Below, piece by piece: positions 1-7,418 of a stretch of DNA of 64,000 nucleotides (its first letter is position 1; each line of letters starts with the position of its first letter). A program made the position numbers and the translations under genes. The stretch is from Bdellovibrionales bacterium. Its GTDB lineage: Bacteria; Bdellovibrionota; Bdellovibrionia; Bdellovibrionales; Bdellovibrionaceae. The stretch spans positions 24,242-88,241 of the forward strand of contig JANMPT010000117.1 of the NCBI GenBank assembly GCA_031370005.1, given 5' to 3'. Under the pieces are notes generated by a model. That model was not told the origin of the DNA, did no database searches, and saw only the letters and a list, made by a program, of their open reading frames with translations.

Positions 1-174
1 ATCAACATCGAGAATAACGACATCAAATTTTTTCTCGTCACTGGACTTCACCTTTTCGATTGCATTCAGGCCATCGAAAGCCTCTTCGACTTCAAAACGT
101 GCCGATGAGACGAGCGCCGTCTTAACTGAGAGTCTCAACCCCTGATCGTCATCGACCACTAAAACCCTAAGCAT
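1..174 (-). CDS. Response regulator, N-terminal receiver domain (partial, runs off the window start)
   Basis: Hand translation from the ATG at 174 gives MLRVLVVDDDQGLRLSVKTALVSSARFEVEEAFDGLNAIEKVKSSDEKKFDVVILDVD, with typical receiver motifs (VLVVDDD, A-x-DG, DVVILD). It overlaps the kinase stop codon. Not in the ORF track. Confidence 0.93.
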   Translation of the reverse strand, partial: MLRVLVVDDDQGLRLSVKTALVSSARFEVEEAFDGLNAIEKVKSSDEKKFDVVILDVD

Positions 175-2044
175 GTGACCTCCCCTGTTCCAGAGGCAGT
201 TCTACAGTAAAAGTGCTGCCTTTTCCATAGGTACTTTCTACAAAAATTCTGCCTTGATGTAATTCTGTAAAGTATTTAGCAAGATAGAGCCCGAGCCCAG
301 ATCCTTTTATAGGAGAGCTTTTCGCATTCTTACTCCGAAAAAATTTCATAAAAATATTATTCACTTCATCTTGAGGAATTCCAGGGCCGCAGTCCTCAAC
401 GCGTACGATGACTTTGCCGTCTTTTTCTTTGCTATGGACTCGTACTTGAGACTCTTCAGGGCTGTATTTGATTGCGTTCTCAATCAGGTTCGAAAAGACC
501 TGCTTCATCAGCTCTGGGTCGACTTGAATCGGAAACAGAGGCTCGGATTCAAACTCAATTGGGATGCGTTTTACTTTAGCTAAGAACTCGTGCTTACGAA
601 TCACATCTTTTAAGAGCGAGTTCACATCGCGACTTTGCATATGAAGTTCAACGCCTTGGCTTTCGATTTTTCCATAATTTAAAATTGTATTTATAAACTT
701 TAAAAGGTCATCGCCCGAGTGGCGAATAGTATCTAGAGCCTCTCGTTGTTGCGAGCTCAAGGCTTGAGGGTCTTTTAAAATAACATCCGTCATGCCTTGA
801 ATACGCGCAATTGGTGTTTTCAAATCATGGGACATCATTGAAATAAAATTGCCTTTAAGCTCTTCGACCTGAGAGAGGAGCTTATTTTTTTGGTAGTATT
901 CCCAACTGCGCCGATTCTCAATGATAAGTCGATAGGGAATAAAGAAGTAATAACACAAGAAGATAGCTAAGAGGGGGTGAGCCATCTTGATCCAATATTC
1001 AAATGGCCAAAAGCCAAGGGCGCTCATTGCGATTAAAGTCACGCCAGTCATCGCAAGAATAGTCAGACTGCGGATCGGTTTCATGGTGAAAAGAACGTGA
1101 ACTGTTAAAATCGACGTTAAAATAGTCACTAGGATATTCAGCCACGGAGGGGCTTGGATCGGAGCATTATTCTGAATCAAAGTATCAATCATGTTGGCAT
1201 TTAATTCAACCAGGGTCATCGCCTTGGCATTCGATGAAAAGGGCGTCTTTGCGTAGTCGCGGATAGCTCCGCCATGGTCATTCCCGAGAAGAATTATTTT
1301 ATTTTTAAATTGGCCAGGTAAAAACCGACCATCCATTACATCTTCAAAAGAGGTCCGCGGATAGGAGTTCGTTTTTCGATAACTGATATAGACTTGTTCC
1401 GAGTCAAAGAACCCAAAAAGTCCGTGAATATTTTTTTTTATTTTAATATCAGGGTTCACAAGTCCCGCAATATAGGGTTGGGCCATCTGGCGATCCTGAT
1501 AAGTGATCATCATACGGCGAGTTACTTTATCCTGTGCGAGTACGTCGCCATCGTTTGTACGTGGCCCCGGAAAGATTTCAATGGAGCTTAAGGGCTCAGC
1601 GAGTTTGAGCTTGCCCTCTTCGCCCTTCATCTCGAGATCTTGGCTGATCATGTAGAGATTATTAATTTTTTTTGCTTCCTCCGCGAAAGCCTTTTTTTCC
1701 TCAAGAGTCCCTTGAAGCTCGTCAAGGTTTTGCGTGTAAAGCAAGGCAAGAGGTTCTTCCCTTTCAATCTGCTTAAGAAGCTCCAATTGGTCTTTAGCTG
1801 TTGGAAGACCTTTTAGGCTCTCAACAGTTTTCGAGGTGGTCACGATTGTTTCAATATGTCCAGATGGGGACGGCTTGGGCAACAATCGAATTCGCATATC
1901 ATAGAGCCCGGACTCCCAGGAATCTAGCTTGAGTTGGCTGATAAATACGCCCATCGCACAGGCTAAAACAAGGCGCAGGGCAGAGTATAAAACCCCACCT
2001 TTAAAAAAGCCTGTTGTATGAGTGTGCGACGGAATCGGTGTCAT
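167..2044 (-). CDS. CHASE2-domain membrane sensor histidine kinase
   Basis: N-terminal TM, CHASE2-like periplasmic region (YDMRIRL...FKNKIILLG...VELNANMIDTL), three TMs, H-box SHDLKTP, N-box NLIENAIKY, DCGPGI, GSGLGL. Start moved from 2113 to the ATG at 2044, which lies 1 nt after the stop of the small peptide ORF. Confidence 0.9.
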   Translation of the reverse strand: MTPIPSHTHTTGFFKGGVLYSALRLVLACAMGVFISQLKLDSWESGLYDMRIRLLPKPSPSGHIETIVTTSKTVESLKGLPTAKDQLELLKQIEREEPLALLYTQNLDELQGTLEEKKAFAEEAKKINNLYMISQDLEMKGEEGKLKLAEPLSSIEIFPGPRTNDGDVLAQDKVTRRMMITYQDRQMAQPYIAGLVNPDIKIKKNIHGLFGFFDSEQVYISYRKTNSYPRTSFEDVMDGRFLPGQFKNKIILLGNDHGGAIRDYAKTPFSSNAKAMTLVELNANMIDTLIQNNAPIQAPPWLNILVTILTSILTVHVLFTMKPIRSLTILAMTGVTLIAMSALGFWPFEYWIKMAHPLLAIFLCYYFFIPYRLIIENRRSWEYYQKNKLLSQVEELKGNFISMMSHDLKTPIARIQGMTDVILKDPQALSSQQREALDTIRHSGDDLLKFINTILNYGKIESQGVELHMQSRDVNSLLKDVIRKHEFLAKVKRIPIEFESEPLFPIQVDPELMKQVFSNLIENAIKYSPEESQVRVHSKEKDGKVIVRVEDCGPGIPQDEVNNIFMKFFRSKNAKSSPIKGSGLGLYLAKYFTELHQGRIFVESTYGKGSTFTVELPLEQGRSHA

Positions 2045-2045
2045 G

Positions 2046-2180
2046 CTAGTTGTCAGTTGCCAAGATATCGCCACCGACAGGAGGACATGGGTTGCCACCG
2101 TTGCCGTGACCAAAACTCGCAGTTTGTGTTGTTAGCGGTTTTAGTTTTTTAATGTGTTTTTTCTTGAGTTTTTCCATCAT
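2046..2180 (-). CDS. Putative RiPP precursor peptide, 44 aa (MMEKLKKKHIKKLKPLTTQTASFGHGNGGNPCPPVGGDILATDN)
   Basis: Hand translation. GGGAGAG RBS just upstream of ATGATG. Overlaps the 3' end of the rSAM gene and fills the gap to the kinase start. Basic KHIKKLKPL leader and a Gly/Asn/Pro-rich core with one Cys. Confidence 0.78.
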   Translation of the reverse strand: MMEKLKKKHIKKLKPLTTQTASFGHGNGGNPCPPVGGDILATDN

Positions 2181-3492
2181 CTTCTCTCCCGCGACACTGC
2201 TCATAATAGACCAGCGTTAAAGCCACCATAAATCTTGTTCGCTCACAAAATTGCGAGTTTTTAATATTTTTATTACCTGAACCATGCTTGTGAACAAACA
2301 TACAACCGCCACCGCACAAAAATCTAGCCCAGCAGTTTTCACACTTATTTGCCTCAAGAATTGGCTTTTGATAAGCCTCTAAAGTTTTTTCGTTGAGTTC
2401 AGTGCCTTGACCGACTTGCTCTTTTTTGTCGTTTACATCCCAAGGGCACGTATAGATCTGATTGCGGGCATCGATCATTAAAAAAGATTTTCCCGCACCA
2501 CAGTAGTTTTCTGTCCGTCGCTGTTGATCCAAAGATTGAAAGTGCTGTTCAAAAATTCGAATTTTCCTTAAAGCGCTCTCGCCACCTTTAGTGAAAGCAG
2601 AAGCCGCTAGCTTCGTCATTTGGCTCATGTACTCGACAGTTGCGCGGGGATTGTTCTCAGAGACCGAAAAAGAAAAATCATAACTATCGACATCGAATTT
2701 GGAGTAAAACTCGTAAGCCTTTTCAAGCTCCATGTTATTGCTGTCAAATACGCCATGGATCAAGATATGGCTAAACTCCATTTTGCGAGCGAGGAGCCTT
2801 TCAAGACCAGCAACGATCATTGCTGTGGGGGAAGTGCCATTTTTAGTTGGGCGCATAATATCGTTGATCTCAGGAGGACCATCAAGACTGATGGTTACGG
2901 AGGCTTTCATGCTTGCTAAGATATCGAGGTTTTTATCTGTCAGTAATGTGCCATTGGTGATGATGGTGTAATTCACAGTGCGCTCAGGGGCGACTTCAGC
3001 AACATATTTTGCTATCAAGGCAAGGCCTTCGGCATAAAGCAAGGGCTCTCCGCCTAAGAAGCTGATGTTAAAGCTGACGTTTGGTGGCAAACGATCGAGA
3101 AAAAATTTAAGTTGAGGCAAAGTTTTCTCAATGGAGATCTTGGCAATCGTATCGCCAAAAGTTCCATCTCCGCCGGCAGCGCAGTAATTGCAATGCAGGT
3201 TGCAGATCTGAGTGACGTTCAAAGTGAGAAAGCGAATCACGGAATTGATTTTGCTAATTTTTACATCGGGGTTATTTTCAACATCCCAGGATTTAAGCTC
3301 TGTAAGTGCTTCATTTATTTTTTGCGATTGAATGACTTCTGGGGCAGCAGAGTTGAGTAAAGTCGTAGGAGACATGTTTAGCCAAGTAGACTCAGAAATT
3401 TGCGCCACTTCCATATTGCGCGCGTGGAAAGCCAAAAGCGCTCCCGCTTCCGATTTTAGCGCTAAAATGTCATTATAGCGTCGCAATTCCAT
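2149..3492 (-). CDS. Radical SAM/SPASM domain protein, probable peptide maturase
   Basis: CxxxCxxC motif (CNLHCNYC), GGEPLL, ITNGTLL, ISLDGP. SPASM cysteines: CGAG...YTCPW...CENCWARFLCGGGC...C. The ~85-aa N-terminal extension is compatible with an RRE. Confidence 0.93.
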   Translation of the reverse strand: MELRRYNDILALKSEAGALLAFHARNMEVAQISESTWLNMSPTTLLNSAAPEVIQSQKINEALTELKSWDVENNPDVKISKINSVIRFLTLNVTQICNLHCNYCAAGGDGTFGDTIAKISIEKTLPQLKFFLDRLPPNVSFNISFLGGEPLLYAEGLALIAKYVAEVAPERTVNYTIITNGTLLTDKNLDILASMKASVTISLDGPPEINDIMRPTKNGTSPTAMIVAGLERLLARKMEFSHILIHGVFDSNNMELEKAYEFYSKFDVDSYDFSFSVSENNPRATVEYMSQMTKLAASAFTKGGESALRKIRIFEQHFQSLDQQRRTENYCGAGKSFLMIDARNQIYTCPWDVNDKKEQVGQGTELNEKTLEAYQKPILEANKCENCWARFLCGGGCMFVHKHGSGNKNIKNSQFCERTRFMVALTLVYYEQCRGREDDGKTQEKTH

Positions 3493-3543
3493 TGAGCTTT
3501 CCCCAGTGTCTTTTTGACACTAATAATTCCATGGGCTTAAATG

Positions 3544-3560
3544 TGCAATTAGGGGGCCAG
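3544..3560 (-). promoter_or_regulatory. Sigma-54 (-24/-12) promoter upstream of the rSAM gene
   Basis: Minus strand reads CTGGCCCCCTAATTGCA, i.e. GG-N10-GC with TGGC and TTGCA, about 50 nt before the ATG. Confidence 0.7.
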
Positions 3561-3672
3561 TTTTAATTTTGTCACCACAAATAAAAACTTAATAAAAACA
3601 TATAGTTACATATTCATCTGAAGAAGTAAACCAGGCCTCGGTAGAGCCACAATGTAACTATTTCGTTATTGT

Positions 3673-5391
3673 CTAGAGTTTCAAGCACTCATGGTGGAAG
3701 TCTTTTAGAGCGGCCTCGTCATGGCTGAAGCTCACTAGAATCATCTGCGGGAAGCTTGCGATAAGGTCAAGATAGAGTTCTTTTTCAGTTTCTTTTCCAA
3801 GTGCAGAAGTGGCTTCATCCAAGAAAACTAGTTCGGGTTTTTGCAAGAAAATGCGGGCAATGGCGACTCGTTGTTGTTCGCCCGAAGACAGGCGCATAGA
3901 CCAGTTTTCTTCTTGATCAAGGGCTTGAGCCAAGTGGTTAAGTCGGGTCAGAGTCAAAACTTTTTGATACTCGAGATCACTAAAGAGGCTGCCATCCATC
4001 GGATAAGCCAAGGTCGCACGTAGACTGCCGATGGGTAGATAAGCTTTTTGGGTGAGGGCAAGGCGATGGCTTTCTTTGGGAATTCGCACATGGCCTGAAA
4101 TATAAGGCCAAATGCCATTCATACTCCGAAGCAGAGAAGTTTTTCCTTTGCCGGAGGCGGCCGTGATCAGAATCCGTTTTCCTGGCGTGAGTTGCAAGCT
4201 CAGTGCCGTAAGCAGGCTTTGATGTTCGGGCGTCATCACACTTAAGTTTTCTATTTCATATGAACCCGTAGTTATCTGAACACTTTGTGTGACAGTTTTG
4301 TGGCGAAGTTTACTGTTTTCCTCAAGCGAAAGAAGGAAGCCTCCAAGACGAACGATGACGGAGTGAAGGCGCGCGATCTTAGCATACATATCGACAAAAA
4401 CGGAGACGGATCCTTGAACTTGGCCAAAGGCACTACTGATCTGAAAGAGCTGCCCCAATGTGATTTCACGAGTAAAAACCTTCGGTGAGGCCACAATGAA
4501 TGGAAAAATATATGCTAGCTGACCATAGATATTGGTTGTCACGATAAGCTTCTTCTGACGAGAGATCAATTTCTTGAAATTTCCCACGACCTGAAAGAAC
4601 TTGGTCGAGAGTTTTTGTTTCTCGACGCGTTCACCGTTAAGGAGAGCAATGCTTTCGCTGTTCTCACGAAGTCGCACCAGGAGATAACGGAAGTCAGCTT
4701 CGAGCTTTTGTTGCATAAAATTGATTTTTGAGAGGGGGCTGCCAATTTTATGAACGACCCAGGTGCCAATGACGGCATACAACAGACAGATCCACACCAA
4801 GTAGCGATGAATCTCAATGTCATAACCCATCATATTTGTGAACTTGATTGAGCTTGAAAGTCCCCACAGAATACCAATGAAAGAAACAAAGGTGATGAAC
4901 TCTCGCAAGATTTTTTCTGAAATTTCTAGGCTCAAGTCCGTCAGCTCGTGAATATCATCTGAGAGCCGTTGATCGGGATTGTCATTATTATTGGTGGTGA
5001 TATGCCAGTAGTAGAAGTTTTTTTCTGAAAGCCAGTGGGTGAGATTTTTTTCGGTGACCCATTTCCTCCAATTGATTCCCAGGCTTTGTAGAACATAGTA
5101 CTTGTAAGCCATAATGACCGAATAAGAGAGCGCAATAATGAAAAACCGGCGGAGCTGGTGGAAGAACTCTTCTTTATTGAGATTTTGAAGGGCGTCGTAA
5201 AATGCTTGATTCCAACGATTGAGTAAAACTAGGCTGTAAACCATTCCGAGAATTAATAACAAGGTTAGCAACAGCAGACCCCGCGCCCTCCAACGATTTT
5301 CGGAGCGGGTCCAATATGGAAGCACAAGCTCTTTTAGAACTATTCGGATCGAATGCCATTTCTTGGTGCTTTTCAGCTTTTGCGAGCCCAT
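3673..5391 (-). CDS. ABC transporter, fused permease/ATPase of the SbmA/BacA-YddA (ABCD-like) type
   Basis: WNQAFYDALQ, NPDQRLSDD, EAA-like EADFRYLLVRLRENSESIAL, Walker A variant AASGKGKT, signature LSSGEQQR, Walker B VFLDEATSAL. Confidence 0.9.
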   Translation of the reverse strand: MGSQKLKSTKKWHSIRIVLKELVLPYWTRSENRWRARGLLLLTLLLILGMVYSLVLLNRWNQAFYDALQNLNKEEFFHQLRRFFIIALSYSVIMAYKYYVLQSLGINWRKWVTEKNLTHWLSEKNFYYWHITTNNNDNPDQRLSDDIHELTDLSLEISEKILREFITFVSFIGILWGLSSSIKFTNMMGYDIEIHRYLVWICLLYAVIGTWVVHKIGSPLSKINFMQQKLEADFRYLLVRLRENSESIALLNGERVEKQKLSTKFFQVVGNFKKLISRQKKLIVTTNIYGQLAYIFPFIVASPKVFTREITLGQLFQISSAFGQVQGSVSVFVDMYAKIARLHSVIVRLGGFLLSLEENSKLRHKTVTQSVQITTGSYEIENLSVMTPEHQSLLTALSLQLTPGKRILITAASGKGKTSLLRSMNGIWPYISGHVRIPKESHRLALTQKAYLPIGSLRATLAYPMDGSLFSDLEYQKVLTLTRLNHLAQALDQEENWSMRLSSGEQQRVAIARIFLQKPELVFLDEATSALGKETEKELYLDLIASFPQMILVSFSHDEAALKDFHHECLKL

Positions 5392-5554
5392 CAGAACTTT
5401 CTAGCAGACTTATGTAAAGTAAGACAGGTATGGCTCAACCTAGGTCTAATTTTTTTTGATTCAATGATGATAAGTTGGGTACGTGAGTACAGTCAGGATA
5501 TTTCCAACATATTTTGTTTGCACCCATCATATTAGCCCGTCATTCTAGATAAAT

Positions 5555-6535
5555 ATGTCTTTAACCATGAAGTACTGGGGAGTAAGAGGCTCGCTTCCAT
5601 CCTCGCCATCGCCATCCGATTGGACCAACCATATTGAAGGACTGCTTCGCGGGTTTTTCAATGCTGGATTGCGTGATGCTACTCAGGTTTCCAAGTATAT
5701 TGACTCCTTAGGCGCTGCACATCTTGGCGGTTATGGCGCGGCAACAACATGTGTAGAAGTTAAGAGTGCAAAAAATCGTATTATCATCGATGGTGGCAGT
5801 GGTATTCGCTCCTTGAGTGAACAGATCATGAGTGGAAAAGCAGGGACGAGCAAAGGACCTTTTCATATTTTCATGACTCACTTTCACTGGGATCATGTGA
5901 TCGGCTTGCCATTTTTTACTCCTCACTTTGTCCCAGGCGTTCAAATTCATTACTACGCAGTCCAACCAGAGCTTGAGAAATTGATTCGTGGGGTTTTTGC
6001 AAAACCATATTTTCCAGTACCTTTTGAGTCCCTTGCCTCAAAAGTTCATTTCCATATTTTGGAGCCAAGAAAAACGATCGAACTCGATGATATGAAGATT
6101 ACACCCTATCAGCTTGATCATCCAGACCCTTGCTGGGGCTTCCGTGTGGATTGTGGTGGTAAAGCCTATGCACACTGCGTGGATACAGAAGGAACTCGGG
6201 TTTCCCGTGAAGAGTTGGGGAATGATCTACCACTCTATCAAGGGATTGATTTGATGTACTATGATGCTCAATACACCTTTCCAGAGCTCGCAGAAAAAGC
6301 GAACTGGGGTCATAGTGCTGCGCAAGTGGGGCTCGACGTCGCCTTTCGCGAAGGTATCAAGCATGTTCTTTTTGCCCATCACGATCCTGGAGCGACGATT
6401 CAACAGCTCCAAGAGCTAAAACGTCAAACCCTTGAGTATTATGACTGGCGCTTAAGCGTGGCTAAAGAAAATGCCGAGTCACTTAGCTCTGTTCAATGGG
6501 ACTTTGCCTACGAAGGCCTCACTGTAAAACTTTAG
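5555..6535 (+). CDS. MBL-fold metallo-hydrolase
   Basis: YWGVRGS start, THFHWDH metal motif, DAQY, WGHS, HHDP. Confidence 0.88.
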   Translation: MSLTMKYWGVRGSLPSSPSPSDWTNHIEGLLRGFFNAGLRDATQVSKYIDSLGAAHLGGYGAATTCVEVKSAKNRIIIDGGSGIRSLSEQIMSGKAGTSKGPFHIFMTHFHWDHVIGLPFFTPHFVPGVQIHYYAVQPELEKLIRGVFAKPYFPVPFESLASKVHFHILEPRKTIELDDMKITPYQLDHPDPCWGFRVDCGGKAYAHCVDTEGTRVSREELGNDLPLYQGIDLMYYDAQYTFPELAEKANWGHSAAQVGLDVAFREGIKHVLFAHHDPGATIQQLQELKRQTLEYYDWRLSVAKENAESLSSVQWDFAYEGLTVKL

Positions 6536-6659
6536 AAACAGCTTCATTTTTGGCATTTATTTACGGCATGTTGCGTAGAATCAACCAACTTGGTTGGCGA
6601 AGTTTTGGGTCAGGCTCAAAAATGCTGTAAATCTAGACACTTTTTGATAGGATCAACCG

Positions 6660-7019
6660 ATGTCTAGTTTATTGAAGTTAAATCGAAAGAGAACCCCACC
6701 CTATGATGGGATTAAAATGGCCTCTGAGCTCGTTCAGAAGCTTGAGTCTGAAATAGCTTTGTATCAGGTTTACCTTTTTGGATCAGCGGCAACTAACGAG
6801 CACACGCTGGATTCGGATTTAGATCTTCTTGTTATTGTTGATGACACTTCTGATATTAAAAAAGTGTATAAAATTGTACAGCGCCCATTTTTTTCTTCAG
6901 TAGCGGTTGATTGGATAGTCAAATCAAAAGCTGAGTTTTCGAAAATGAAAGATATCGGTGGGGTTTGTTTTGTTGCGTTTCACCAAGGTAAGGAAATTAA
7001 TTTAAATGGCTCAAAATAA
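6660..7019 (+). CDS. Minimal nucleotidyltransferase (MNT) antitoxin-like protein
   Basis: YLFGSAA...DSDLDLLVIV motif. Overlaps the downstream HEPN gene. Confidence 0.88.
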   Translation: MSSLLKLNRKRTPPYDGIKMASELVQKLESEIALYQVYLFGSAATNEHTLDSDLDLLVIVDDTSDIKKVYKIVQRPFFSSVAVDWIVKSKAEFSKMKDIGGVCFVAFHQGKEINLNGSK

Positions 7020-7404
7020 GAGCGTTTTATTTAAAAAAGAATACGCGAAAGAACTTTTAAAGATTGCTGTCGGCGATTTGAAAACGGCCAAGGCCCTTAT
7101 TGAATCCCCAGATCCTGGAAGGCCAGAAAATATCCTCTATATGATTCAACAATCAGTAGAGAAGGCCGTGAAAGTGGTCCTTATTTCAAAACAAATTCCA
7201 TTTCCTCTTGTGCATGATTTGGGAATTCTGATTGCTTTGTTGTCGACGGCAGACTACCCCCCAGGGGGATTTGATTTAACCGCATTAAATCCATACTCAA
7301 CAATTCGTCGTTATGAGACTGGGGAAATTCCTTTAGATAACGAAGAAATTCAAGGGGCTTACTTGGCCGCCGAATTAGTTATTGCATGGTCTTCGAAGTA
7401 CTAG
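7006..7404 (+). CDS. HEPN domain protein
   Basis: QQSVEKAVK, HDLGIL and RRYE motifs. Paired with the MNT gene. Confidence 0.85.
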   Translation: MAQNKSVLFKKEYAKELLKIAVGDLKTAKALIESPDPGRPENILYMIQQSVEKAVKVVLISKQIPFPLVHDLGILIALLSTADYPPGGFDLTALNPYSTIRRYETGEIPLDNEEIQGAYLAAELVIAWSSKY

Positions 7405-7418
7405 ATTAATGAATTGAT

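Noticed and set aside
2045..2113. N-terminal 23 aa of the 648-aa kinase ORF in the track
   Set aside because: It starts at a TTG without an RBS and overlaps the peptide ORF in another frame. The ATG at 2044 is the better start.
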